The notes beneath the pieces were generated by a model. The model searched no databases and was not told the origin of the DNA. It saw only the letters and a program-made list of their open reading frames with translations. A stretch of 64,000 nt of DNA from Myxococcales bacterium (GTDB lineage: Bacteria > Myxococcota_A > Polyangia > Polyangiales > DASUME01), in NCBI GenBank assembly GCA_047601445.1, contig JASGJH010000001.1, forward strand, positions 1,536,001 through 1,600,000, in the 5' to 3' direction. The translations under genes and the position numbers were made by a program. This document shows, one piece after another, positions 30,921-39,932 of this stretch (position 1 is the first letter of the stretch; the number at the start of each line of letters is the position of its first letter).

Positions 30921-31652
30921 ATGGGCAAGCGATGTTGGCTCGGTGCCGTGGTGTGCCTTGCGCTCGCGGGAAGCTCTGCCGAAGCGCAAGACACGGCGGG
31001 CGGCGTCACGACGCCGGAGGGTGCGTACTATCCGGAGGAGCCCGGCGGCTATGGTGCGAGCGCCTACCGAGCCCAGACGGCACCCAAGGAGAATCCCTAC
31101 CACCTGAGCATGCAGCAGAAGTATCCATTCAAGGCCGACGTGAACTTCGAGGTTCCCGTGCCCTTGACGGACGAGCACAACTCGGCCGACGTGGGCTTCG
31201 GGCTGAGCGGCATGTTCGGCTGGGATCTAGGCTTCCTGCTGCCGACCGCCAATGTCGGCTGGGCGTGGAACGGGCTCAACCTGCCGAGCACGTACGGGGA
31301 CAATCGCTCGCTTACCCGCTTTCACATGGGCATCGGCTTGATGGCCGAGTTCGAGAACCGCAGCGTGGTGACCCCCGTGCTCGGCGCGATGCTCGATCTC
31401 AACTGGTGGCACGTGTCGGGCGACGTCAGCGTGGGCTGCGGCGGCTACTACTACTGGGCTTGCTACCAGGTCAACAACTACGACTACACCACCGGCTTCA
31501 CCTTCAGGGCCGGCGCTGACTTCGGCTTCAAACGCAACGACCGCTTCACGCTGGGCGCGGGTGTCATGCCCTCGCTCACGCTCAAGGGCGGTCCCTTCCG
31601 CGAAACAGAGTGGTGGCTCTCGCCCTATTTCGCCTTCAGCGTACGCCGTTGA
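30921..31652 (+). CDS. Outer-membrane beta-barrel protein
   Basis: Signal peptide, alternating beta strands, aromatic-rich C-terminal strand. Confidence 0.7.
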   Translation: MGKRCWLGAVVCLALAGSSAEAQDTAGGVTTPEGAYYPEEPGGYGASAYRAQTAPKENPYHLSMQQKYPFKADVNFEVPVPLTDEHNSADVGFGLSGMFGWDLGFLLPTANVGWAWNGLNLPSTYGDNRSLTRFHMGIGLMAEFENRSVVTPVLGAMLDLNWWHVSGDVSVGCGGYYYWACYQVNNYDYTTGFTFRAGADFGFKRNDRFTLGAGVMPSLTLKGGPFRETEWWLSPYFAFSVRR

Positions 31653-31753
31653 GTGCGCCGCGCGCAGCTACCCGTGGCAAGGGCTCGGGACGTCCCGGCG
31701 GGCTTCCCCCGAGGCGACCTCGCATCGCCCTCGTGGTAAGACGTGCACTCGCC

Positions 31754-32101
31754 ATGACCACGCTTCGACCAGAACTTCAAGACGTCGTCGCCCGCTTGAT
31801 CGCCAGCGCCGAGCGCGCCGAGCTGAGCGTCGACGAGGTGGGCGAGGCGCTGGGCACGCTGTCGGTGTCCACGCTCGAGATCGAGGCCGTATTTGCAGCG
31901 CTGGAGGCGGCGGGTGGTTCGGTCCGCGCGCCGGGCGGCGGTGGCACGGAGCTTCACCTCAAGCGCGTGGTCGAAGCGGCCCGCGCTATCCGCGCCGAGC
32001 GCGAGCTGCGGCCCACGCTCAAGGAAATCGCCGCGCGGGCGGAGTTGACTCGCGAACAAGTACTCAACGCGCTGTTTCTGCTGCGCATCATGCAGCGCTG
32101 A
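31754..32101 (+). CDS. Small protein resembling sigma70 region 1.1 plus region 3
   Basis: LSVDEVGEAL....VSTLEIEAVFAALEAAG (r1.1-like) followed by LKRVVEAARAIRAERELRPTLKEIAARAELTREQV (r3-like). Confidence 0.7.
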   Translation: MTTLRPELQDVVARLIASAERAELSVDEVGEALGTLSVSTLEIEAVFAALEAAGGSVRAPGGGGTELHLKRVVEAARAIRAERELRPTLKEIAARAELTREQVLNALFLLRIMQR

Positions 32102-32181
32102 TCGCCGTTCCCCGGACGATGGGATGGCCGTTACGCGGCGAACGATTCCCCCCACACCGGCCAACGAGAGCTGCGGGGACA

Positions 32182-32808
32182 CTACGGCGAGGACGCCCGC
32201 GGCGGGCGCTTGAACAGGCGAACGAAGGCCTTGCCGAGCGCGCGGTCGCCCTGGAGCGTGAGGCTCGAGTCCGCGAGCTTGCGGTCGCCGAACACCACGG
32301 CGCGCAGCTCGTTCACCTCGCCCTCGATCAGTGCGTCCGCGCGTGACGGCGCGCCCAGCGCCACGTGAACGCGCTCCCGCTCCACTTCCACGCTGCAGCG
32401 CACCCCCGAGAGCTTGAGCTCGTAGCGCGCGCTCAGCCCCTGAGCGGCGCTGGCATCGAAGGTGGACTCGAGAGCCACCAAGAAGGCATTCAAGCTCAGC
32501 TTCCCCGCCGGCTTGACCGGCGAACGCGCCCCCCAGCTCCCCAGCGACAGCAGCACCGGATGTAGCTCCTTGCCCCACGCGGTGAGCTCGTAGCTGCCCT
32601 CCACGCGCTGCACCACGCCGCCCGCTTCGAGCTCGTCGAGCCGCTGCGAGAGCACGTTCGGGCTCGCTCCTGCGAGCCCCGTCCGGAGGTCCTTGAAGCG
32701 ACGCGGACCGTGGACGAGCTCCCGCACCACCAGCAGGGCCCAGCGCTCCCCCACCAGGTCGAGGGCACGCGCGATCCCGCAAGGATCTCCGTAGCTTCGT
32801 TCACTCAT
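32182..32808 (-). CDS. HxlR-family winged-helix regulator with a C-terminal SCP2-like domain
   Basis: RSYGDPCGIARALDLVGERWALLVVREL..GPRRF.DL; C-terminal LQGDRAL...F..LF. Confidence 0.9.
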   Translation of the reverse strand: MSERSYGDPCGIARALDLVGERWALLVVRELVHGPRRFKDLRTGLAGASPNVLSQRLDELEAGGVVQRVEGSYELTAWGKELHPVLLSLGSWGARSPVKPAGKLSLNAFLVALESTFDASAAQGLSARYELKLSGVRCSVEVERERVHVALGAPSRADALIEGEVNELRAVVFGDRKLADSSLTLQGDRALGKAFVRLFKRPPRASSP

Positions 32809-32829
32809 GCAAAAAAGACTCTACCACGA

Positions 32830-32865
32830 ATCCTAATTTAGGACTAATTGGTCCTACACAAGGAC
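32830..32865. promoter_or_regulatory. Tandem palindromic operators (HxlR candidate)
   Basis: ATCCT-AATTT-AGGAC (32830-32844) and GTCCT-ACACA-AGGAC (32851-32865), 21-bp period. Confidence 0.65.
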
Positions 32866-32887
32866 TTACAACCAGGAGGCCCCGACC

Positions 32888-33451
32888 ATGCGCAAGCTCA
32901 AGGTGTTCAACAACGTCTCGCTCGACGGCTACTTTTGCGACCGCCATGGCGACATGAACTGGGCCCACGAACGCCAGGACGCCGAGTTTGGCGACTGGGT
33001 GTCCAGCAATGCCAGCGGCGCGAGTCAGCTGCTGTTCGGGCGCGTCACCTACGAAATGATGGCGAGCTTCTGGCCCACGCCCATGGCGATGGAGACGCTC
33101 CCCACCGTGGCCAAGGGCATGAATAGCGCGTCCAAGGTGGTGTTCTCGCGCAGCCTGAGCAAGGCCAGCTGGCAGAACACGCGCCTGATCAAGGGCGACC
33201 TGCTCGAAGCCGTGCAGGCCCTCAAGGCTGAACCGGGTCCAGATCTCGTCTTGATGGGGAGCGGGAGCATCGTGGCCCAGCTGGCCCAGGCGCGTTTGAT
33301 CGACACCTACCAGCTCGTGGTCCATCCCACGGTGCTGGGCGCGGGCCGTACCCTGTTCCAAGGCATCGAGGAGCGGCTGTGCCTGACACTCTCGAGCTCT
33401 CGCGCCTTCAAGAACGGCAACCTGGTGTTGTGGTACGAGCAAACGCGTTGA
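32888..33451 (+). CDS. Dihydrofolate reductase / RibD C-terminal domain protein
   Basis: VSLDGY, LLFGRVTYE, KVVFSRSL, GSGSIV.QL, HPTVLGAG. Confidence 0.92.
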   Translation: MRKLKVFNNVSLDGYFCDRHGDMNWAHERQDAEFGDWVSSNASGASQLLFGRVTYEMMASFWPTPMAMETLPTVAKGMNSASKVVFSRSLSKASWQNTRLIKGDLLEAVQALKAEPGPDLVLMGSGSIVAQLAQARLIDTYQLVVHPTVLGAGRTLFQGIEERLCLTLSSSRAFKNGNLVLWYEQTR

Positions 33452-33524
33452 GGCCTCGGCGAGCGAGGTCGGCTGGCTTCTCGCGCTGGGGCCCCCTCCC
33501 GACGTAGACTCTGCAGCGCGGAGC

Positions 33525-34286
33525 ATGGCGGCCAAGCAGCGTTCGAAGCAACTCCCCGACTGGATCCGAGAGCGCCCCTGCGCCCACCGCGGATGGCACG
33601 ACCTCGCCCGGGGCATTCCCGAAAATTCGCTGGCTGCGTTCGAGGCGGCCGTGCGTGCGGGCTACCCCATCGAACTCGACGTGCAGAGCTTGGGCGACGG
33701 GACGCTGGTCGTGTTCCATGACGACGGCCTCGAGCGAGCCACGGGGATTGCGCGCACTCTCCGCCGCTCGACCGTGGACGATATGGCGCCCCTACGCCTG
33801 TTCGGCACCGACCAACACGTACCGTTCCTGAGCGAGGTCCTCGCGCTCGTGGCTGGACGCGTCCCCATCTTGCTCGAGCTCAAGCACCACGGCTCGAACA
33901 CCGCCATCGCCGAGGCCCTGCGCGGCGCGCTCGCAGGCTACGACGGCCCGCTCGCGATCCAGTCCTTCAATCCCTACGTGCTGCGCTGGCTGCGTAAACA
34001 CGCCCCGCAATACTGCCTGGGTCAGCTAGGCGGCCCACTGCACGACGATCCCGTGGCCCCCTTCGAACGCTTCGCGTCCCGTAGCTTGCTCACGCTGGCA
34101 CTCTCGCGGCCCGACTTCGTCAACTTCGACCTACGCGGGTTGCCCGATCCCTGGGTGCAGCTGGTGGCGCGCAGCGCGGGGCTGCCGCTCTTGGCGTGGA
34201 CGGTACGCACCCAAGCCGACCTGGCCAAGGCCAACGCGCTCGGGGTCAACTATGTGTTCGAGGGCGTAGTGCCGGCAGCGCGCTGA
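33525..34286 (+). CDS. Glycerophosphodiester phosphodiesterase
   Basis: AHRG, PENSLAAF, IELDVQ..DG.LVVFHD, ELK. Confidence 0.92.
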   Translation: MAAKQRSKQLPDWIRERPCAHRGWHDLARGIPENSLAAFEAAVRAGYPIELDVQSLGDGTLVVFHDDGLERATGIARTLRRSTVDDMAPLRLFGTDQHVPFLSEVLALVAGRVPILLELKHHGSNTAIAEALRGALAGYDGPLAIQSFNPYVLRWLRKHAPQYCLGQLGGPLHDDPVAPFERFASRSLLTLALSRPDFVNFDLRGLPDPWVQLVARSAGLPLLAWTVRTQADLAKANALGVNYVFEGVVPAAR

Positions 34287-34316
34287 CAAAATTGGCGCCG
34301 TCAAAAGGCGACAGAG

Positions 34317-34336
34317 CGGGCTCGGGCTCGGGCTCG
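34317..34336. repeat. CGGGCT hexamer tandem repeat between convergent genes
   Basis: cgggctcgggctcgggctcg. Confidence 0.55.
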
Positions 34337-34391
34337 CCTTGCTGCGCAAGGCTGGCATAGGGTAGCAATGCGCTGGGTTGTCAGCGCACTG

Positions 34392-35279
34392 CTACAGGGG
34401 CTTGCGATGCATGCGCAAGTCGAGCCCCGGCACCAGCTTGGTCCACAGCGCGAACGCGCCCGTGGAGAGCCATTCTGCGCCTCGTTCTTCGAAGTGGGCG
34501 TCGATGGCCACCTGACGCTTGGGTTCGGTGTGGATGTCGAGGGCGAACTGCACCGGAGCCCCTTCGCTCTCGCCCCGTCCTCGAAAGCGCAACAAGCGCT
34601 TGCCCGCCGTCTGCACGTGGCCTTTGACGTCGCGAAATTGCAGCCGTCCCGTGGGCAAGCCCTGCGCGAAGTCTCCACGGTAGTCGTCGAAGCGCAGCTC
34701 CGTATCTCCGCTCGGCAGCACGTGCACACGCATGGTGCCGTGCAGGTCCCTCAGACGCAGCGCAGGCAGGCTGCCTCCCCCGATCACCAAGGTCATGTCC
34801 GAGGTCATCATGGTGCGCAGGTCGAGCAAGTCCGTCACACGCTGGGGCTCGCTCGACTCCTCGAGCTGCTGCGGGTCCGGACTCGGAGCGGCGAAGGTCT
34901 GCTCCATGTTCACACGACCTTGGCCATCCTCCGTCACGTACACGATACCGCCGCGAATCTCGGCGCGCTCCCAGGCGAAGGTCCCGGCCCAGATGGCCGC
35001 CAGATCCAGCCAGGTCTCCAGCGCTTCGACCCGGATGCACGGTTTGCGGTCGGCTGTGGTGATCGTCACGCCGCGCGCCCGCAGGTGCGGCAGGTCGATC
35101 TCGTCGAGATGCTCGATCTCGAGCTCACCAGCCATCGCCTCGCTGACGTAGCGATTGGCTGCGCGTCGAACGCGCTCGCGTCCCCAGGCCGTGTGGACCA
35201 ACGCAGCATGGCTGGCGAGCACGAGCAGGAGGGTCACGCCGAGCAGCGAGGCTGCCCATGTCGCTACGCTGCGGAGCAT
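34392..35279 (-). CDS. AsmA/TamB N-terminal-like hypothetical protein
   Basis: N-terminal TM, T.WGRE.V motif, beta-rich body. Confidence 0.55.
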   Translation of the reverse strand: MLRSVATWAASLLGVTLLLVLASHAALVHTAWGRERVRRAANRYVSEAMAGELEIEHLDEIDLPHLRARGVTITTADRKPCIRVEALETWLDLAAIWAGTFAWERAEIRGGIVYVTEDGQGRVNMEQTFAAPSPDPQQLEESSEPQRVTDLLDLRTMMTSDMTLVIGGGSLPALRLRDLHGTMRVHVLPSGDTELRFDDYRGDFAQGLPTGRLQFRDVKGHVQTAGKRLLRFRGRGESEGAPVQFALDIHTEPKRQVAIDAHFEERGAEWLSTGAFALWTKLVPGLDLRMHRKPL

Positions 35280-35373
35280 GTGAAGCTCGAAGTAGGCACC
35301 CCGAGCCCGCCCGCAAGCACCGATTCGCGTGGTCCTACGGCCGAATTTTCTCGCGTAACGGAGCCGACCGCTA

Positions 35374-35973
35374 TCAGGCTGCGCCGGCGCCGTCGGTCAG
35401 CGTGTCGAGGTGGCGCGTGCAGTTGAGCAGACGCACCAGGTGCGGCTCTTCAGGGTCGAGCAACGTGACACTGGTATTGTCGACGCGTAAGGGCGCAAGC
35501 ATCCCGTCGGCGAGTCGAGCATGGCGCGCCAGGATGGCACCACAGACCAGGCCATGGGTCACCACCACCAGGTTGCCCGACTGAGCACCGCGCCGCTGGA
35601 TCATCAACGCGAAGGCCTGCGCCACGCGCTGGTAGAAGAGCTCCCAGCTCTCACCGCCGGGAGGGTCATAGCCGGGCATGAAGGGATCGAAGCCGAGCTC
35701 GGCATAGGGTGTGCCGCGGATATCGCCGAAATTGCGCTCCTGGAGCAGCTCCGTGTACTCGACAGGCAAGCTGGTGAGGCCCACGAAGGGCTCCGCCGTC
35801 ATGCGGGCCCGCGGCAAATCACTGCACAACACGGCGGTCGGGGCGTACTCGCGCAGCCGTTCGGCGAGGCGTCGCGCCTGCGCCAGTCCCGTCGCGTTCA
35901 ACGGTGTCTCCGCGACCTGCAGGACGCGCTGCTGATTGCCGGCCGTCTCACCGTGTCGAACCAGAATAATCAC
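35374..35973 (-). CDS. Histidine phosphatase (phosphoglycerate mutase) family
   Basis: LVRHGET..N, SDLPRARMTA, ERNFG, GGES, VVTHG. Confidence 0.92.
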   Translation of the reverse strand: MIILVRHGETAGNQQRVLQVAETPLNATGLAQARRLAERLREYAPTAVLCSDLPRARMTAEPFVGLTSLPVEYTELLQERNFGDIRGTPYAELGFDPFMPGYDPPGGESWELFYQRVAQAFALMIQRRGAQSGNLVVVTHGLVCGAILARHARLADGMLAPLRVDNTSVTLLDPEEPHLVRLLNCTRHLDTLTDGAGAA

Positions 35974-36023
35974 GACCCAGACATGGAACGGATCGGCGGA
36001 TCGAGCAAGTGCGGTCGAGGCAC

Positions 36024-36572
36024 TCAGCTCTGGGGTCTCGGTTGGTTCACGTTCCAACCGTAGCCGATCTGCGCGTTGATCAGCTTGTGGGTCGCCGGGC
36101 CCACCATGCCGTCCACGTCATAGCCGAAAGCCTCCTGCAGCTTCCTCACGCTCAGATCCGTCTGACTTCCGTACTGTCCGTCGACCGCGACCTTGAAGCC
36201 CAGGGCGTTCAGGCGACGTTGCAGGTAACTGACCTGCGCTCCGTGCGCGCCTTGCTTGAGCGTATGCGTGAGCTCCGCGCCCGCCAGCGCTCCCTTGTCG
36301 GTCTTCTTGCCCTGCGCCTCCAGCGCCTTCTTGATGCTGTCGGACTTGTCGATGTGGAAGCCGTAGCCGATCTGCGAGTCGATGAGCTTCGAGGTCGCGT
36401 CGCCTACCATGCCGTCGGTGTCGTAGCCGAACATGGCCTGCAGCTCTTCCACGCTGGACTTGGTGGTCGGCCCGAAGATGCCGTCGGCCTTGAGGGGAAA
36501 GCCCAGTTGAACGAGCTTGGTCTGGAGTGTCGTTACCTGCGTGCCCTTCTCACCTGCCTTGATCACCTGCAT
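36024..36572 (-). CDS. Protein made of two tandem peptidoglycan-binding (PG_binding_1) domains
   Basis: AGGAGG RBS; twofold repeat LQ.KL..LGF....DG.FG..T...V..LQ..FGYD.DGMVG.AT. Confidence 0.88.
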   Translation of the reverse strand: MQVIKAGEKGTQVTTLQTKLVQLGFPLKADGIFGPTTKSSVEELQAMFGYDTDGMVGDATSKLIDSQIGYGFHIDKSDSIKKALEAQGKKTDKGALAGAELTHTLKQGAHGAQVSYLQRRLNALGFKVAVDGQYGSQTDLSVRKLQEAFGYDVDGMVGPATHKLINAQIGYGWNVNQPRPQS

Positions 36573-36643
36573 TGCTCCACCTCCTGCGCGCGCACATCGC
36601 TCGCCCGGCAGGGGCTTCGCGGAGCGCTTACCGGGCCGAGCTT

Positions 36644-36659
36644 TGCAATTCTTCGGCCG
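36644..36659 (-). promoter_or_regulatory. Possible sigma54 (-24/-12) promoter
   Basis: CGGCCG-AAGAA-TTGCA, GG-N10-GC spacing, about 70 nt upstream of the PG-binding gene. Confidence 0.35.
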
Positions 36660-36819
36660 GCGCCTCGGCCCCTGGATCCGCCAGGCATCTCGCGCTTGGG
36701 ACGCGGTGTTTCGTGCGCTCCCGCGCGGGAAGCTCCTGCCCAGTGAGGCGTTCCCGTGACATCCTAGACAGCAAAAGCGCAACAAGGCCCCGCCCCGCGG
36801 GCCTCACCAGGCGGATCAC

Positions 36820-37860
36820 ATGAAGCTCGGAATCGTCGTCGGATATTCGGGGCGCAAGCTCGCGCTCCCCATGGACTTGGTTCGCGAAGCAGAGCGACTC
36901 GGCTACGACTCGTGTTGGACCTCCGAGGCGTACGGGTCCGATGCCGTCAGCGTCTCCGCCTGGATCCTGGCGAACACTTCGCGCATCAAGGTGGGCACCG
37001 CCATTCTGCAGCTCCCGGCGCGCACCCCCACCATGACCGCCATGACGGCGATGTCGCTGGATCAGCTCTCGAATGGGCGCTTCATCGTGGGGCTCGGACC
37101 CTCTGGGCCGCAGGTGGTGGAAGGCTGGTACGGCGCCACCTACGCCAAGCCGCTGAGCCGCCTGCGCGAGTACATCGAGGTCATGCAGCTGGTGTTCGCG
37201 CGGCAGGAACCCGTGGCTTACCAGGGTTATCACTATCAGCTTCCCTACAAGGGCGAGGATGCGACCGGACTCGGCAAGCCCCTCAAGAGCATCCTGCACT
37301 GCGAACGGAAGATCCCCATCTACACCGCCAGCCTGCAACACAAGGCCGTGGCGCTCAGCGCCGAGCTGACCGACGGCTTCTTCCCCATCTGGCTGAATCC
37401 CGAGCGCACCGACCTCTTCGAGGCGCCCGTGGCCGAAGGGCTGGCCAAGGCTGGCGCGGGCAAGAAGCGAGAGGACTTCGACATCGCGCCCTTTGTCACC
37501 GTCGTCATGGGCAACGACGTCGACGCTTGTCGAGCACAGGTCAAGCCCGCGATGGCCCTCTACATCGGCGGCATGGGCGCGCGCGGCAAGAACTTCTATA
37601 CGGACTACGCCAGTCGCCTCGGCTATCCCGACGCGGCCCGCAAGATCCAGGACCTGTATCTCGACGGCAAGAAGGACGAAGCCGCGGCGTGCGTGCCGGA
37701 TCAGCTGGTGGACGACGTGGCGCTATGTGGATCGGCCGATCGCATCAGGGATCGCTTGCAGGCCTGGATCGCAGCCGGCAAGACCCATCACGTGGGCACC
37801 ATGATCCTCGGCTCGAGCCAGCCCGAAGCCCTGCGACTGGTGGCCGAGACCGTGCTCTGA
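36820..37860 (+). CDS. LLM class F420-dependent oxidoreductase
   Basis: AERLGYDSCWTSEAYGSDA, GLGPSGPQVVEGWYG, ALYIGGMGARGKNFY. Confidence 0.9.
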   Translation: MKLGIVVGYSGRKLALPMDLVREAERLGYDSCWTSEAYGSDAVSVSAWILANTSRIKVGTAILQLPARTPTMTAMTAMSLDQLSNGRFIVGLGPSGPQVVEGWYGATYAKPLSRLREYIEVMQLVFARQEPVAYQGYHYQLPYKGEDATGLGKPLKSILHCERKIPIYTASLQHKAVALSAELTDGFFPIWLNPERTDLFEAPVAEGLAKAGAGKKREDFDIAPFVTVVMGNDVDACRAQVKPAMALYIGGMGARGKNFYTDYASRLGYPDAARKIQDLYLDGKKDEAAACVPDQLVDDVALCGSADRIRDRLQAWIAAGKTHHVGTMILGSSQPEALRLVAETVL

Positions 37861-37885
37861 CAGCCGCCTCCATCCCATCAACCTT

Positions 37886-37941
37886 GTGGTCGTGGTCGTG
37901 GTCGATCTGCAGAGGCGACCACGACCCACGACCCACGACCA
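37886..37941. repeat. Hexamer-based inverted repeat between convergent genes (possible bidirectional terminator or REP-like element)
   Basis: (GTGGTC)3G - 11 nt - CGACCACGACCCACGACCCACGACCA. Confidence 0.6.
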
Positions 37942-37972
37942 GGAGCTACTCCTGCTCGAGCACGCCCCACAC

Positions 37973-39370
37973 TCAGCGCAGGCGGTTGTAGCCGTTGAGG
38001 GCCGCCACCCGATACGCCTCGGCCATGGTCGGGTAGTTGAAGGTGGTGTTGACGAAGTACATCAGGTTATTCGCCGTGCCCTCCTGGGACATGATCGCCT
38101 GTCCGATGTGGATGATCTCGGCGGCCTGGTCCCCAAAGCAATGCACGCCCAGGATTTCCAGGGTGTCGCGGTGGAACAGGATCTTGAGCATGCCCACGCG
38201 CTGCCCCGTGATCTGCGCGCGCGCCAGCGAGCGGAACATGGCGTGGCCCACCTCGTAGGGAACCAAGTCCTTGGTGAGCTCGCGCTCGGTGCGACCCACG
38301 CTGCTGATCTCGGGTGAGGTGTAGATGCCCGAAGGGATGTCCTGCACCAGGCGGGCCTCGGTCTGTCCCGTGACCGCGTGCTGCGCCGCGAAGCGTCCCT
38401 GATCGTAGCTGGCGCTGGCCAGGCTCGGCGGGCCCACGACGTCGCCCACGGCGTAGATGTGCGGGAGCTCGGTGCGATAGAACTCGTCCACCTTCAACAG
38501 CCCGCGCGGGTCGGCCTTGATCCCGATGCGATCGAGCGCCAGGTCCTGCGTGTTGCCCGTGCGCCCCTGAGCCCAGAGCAAGAAGTCGCTCTTGATCTTC
38601 TTGCCGCTCTTGAGGTGCATGGTCACGCCGTCGCCCGCGGTCTCCACCCGCTCGTACTCCTCGTTGTGACGGATCAACACGCCTTGATCGCGCAGATGGT
38701 ACGCCAGGGCATCGACGATCTCGTCGTCCAGGAAGCTGAGCAGTCGATCGCGGCTGTTGATCAGGTTCACCTTCACGCCGAGCTGGCGGAAGATCGACGC
38801 GTACTCGCAGCCGATGATGCCCGCGCCGTAGATGGTGATGGTGTGCGGAGTGCGATCGATGTCGAGGATGGTGTCGCTGTCGCGCACACGCGGGTGGTTG
38901 AAGTCGACGTCCTCGGGGCGATAGGGACGCGAGCCGGTGGCCACGATGACCTTCTTGGCGCGCAGCGTGCGCTTGATGCCGCCGGCCTCCACGCCGATGG
39001 TGTGGGCGTCCACGAACGACGCGACCCCGTGCACCACGGGTACCTCGTTGCGCTGGTAGAAGTCGCGCCGCAGCATCACCTGACTGCTGATCACGCTGCT
39101 CACGCCCTTGAGGAGCTCGGGCAGGGAGCTGGGCACGTGGTTGATCATCTTGGCGAACTGCGCGTTGCTGCGCAGCTTGAGCACCTCGCTCACCGAGTGA
39201 CGCAGCGCCTTGCTGGGGATGGTGCCCCAGTGCGTGCAGCCGCCGCCCACCAGGTGATAGCGCTCGACGACCAACGCGCGCGCCCCCTCCTTGGCGGCCA
39301 GCATCGACGCGCCCTCACCCCCGGGCCCGCTCCCCAACACCACGACGTCGTATTCTTGATCCCACGGCAC
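37973..39370 (-). CDS. sthA: Soluble (Si-specific) NAD(P)+ transhydrogenase
   Basis: [24 protein letters not shown] (CxxxxT), [29 protein letters not shown]. Confidence 0.95.
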   Translation of the reverse strand: MPWDQEYDVVVLGSGPGGEGASMLAAKEGARALVVERYHLVGGGCTHWGTIPSKALRHSVSEVLKLRSNAQFAKMINHVPSSLPELLKGVSSVISSQVMLRRDFYQRNEVPVVHGVASFVDAHTIGVEAGGIKRTLRAKKVIVATGSRPYRPEDVDFNHPRVRDSDTILDIDRTPHTITIYGAGIIGCEYASIFRQLGVKVNLINSRDRLLSFLDDEIVDALAYHLRDQGVLIRHNEEYERVETAGDGVTMHLKSGKKIKSDFLLWAQGRTGNTQDLALDRIGIKADPRGLLKVDEFYRTELPHIYAVGDVVGPPSLASASYDQGRFAAQHAVTGQTEARLVQDIPSGIYTSPEISSVGRTERELTKDLVPYEVGHAMFRSLARAQITGQRVGMLKILFHRDTLEILGVHCFGDQAAEIIHIGQAIMSQEGTANNLMYFVNTTFNYPTMAEAYRVAALNGYNRLR

Positions 39371-39541
39371 GCTGATATCCCCGGCTTGGGCCTAGTCTCC
39401 CCCACGCTCGGCGCGCGAGCGAGGACTAGACGAAGGCTAGCGGGACCGGCGCAAAGAATCAGCTATCTGCGTGGCCGGAAAATGCGAAACACGGACGAAA
39501 AGCGGCTCGGCGGGCAGGGAGGGCAGGCGCCGCTCTCCGCT

Positions 39542-39802
39542 TCACGGCAACGGCCGCTTGAAACAGAACACGTTGGCGCCGACGCTCGCGACCATCTCCC
39601 AGCCCTCTTGACCCGCCTGGTTGGCCGCGGTCTGGATGTCCGAGGCGAGCCCACGCGGTGTGGCAGACATGTCGCTCTTGCACATGTACTCCCAACGTTG
39701 CGCATGGTTCGGGGCAGCCGCCTGGGCGGGAGCCGCGAGTCGAATGGCGGCCGCGCACAGCACGGCGGCACCGATAGCGAGCAAGAAGCGCTGGACTGAC
39801 AT
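39542..39802 (-). CDS. Small secreted protein, DUF4177-like
   Basis: Signal peptide; WEY....AGQEGWEMV...FKRP. Confidence 0.6.
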   Translation of the reverse strand: MSVQRFLLAIGAAVLCAAAIRLAAPAQAAAPNHAQRWEYMCKSDMSATPRGLASDIQTAANQAGQEGWEMVASVGANVFCFKRPLP

Positions 39803-39932
39803 CCGACACTCTGGGTGCACGAGGATGCCGCGTGCAAGCACTCGCTCGGCGCGCCCCCAACCCGTGAGGGACCAGGCTCCGTCCCCAGAAATCCTGGGGC
39901 GGCCCCAGTTCCGGCACACGCCAGGACCCCCT

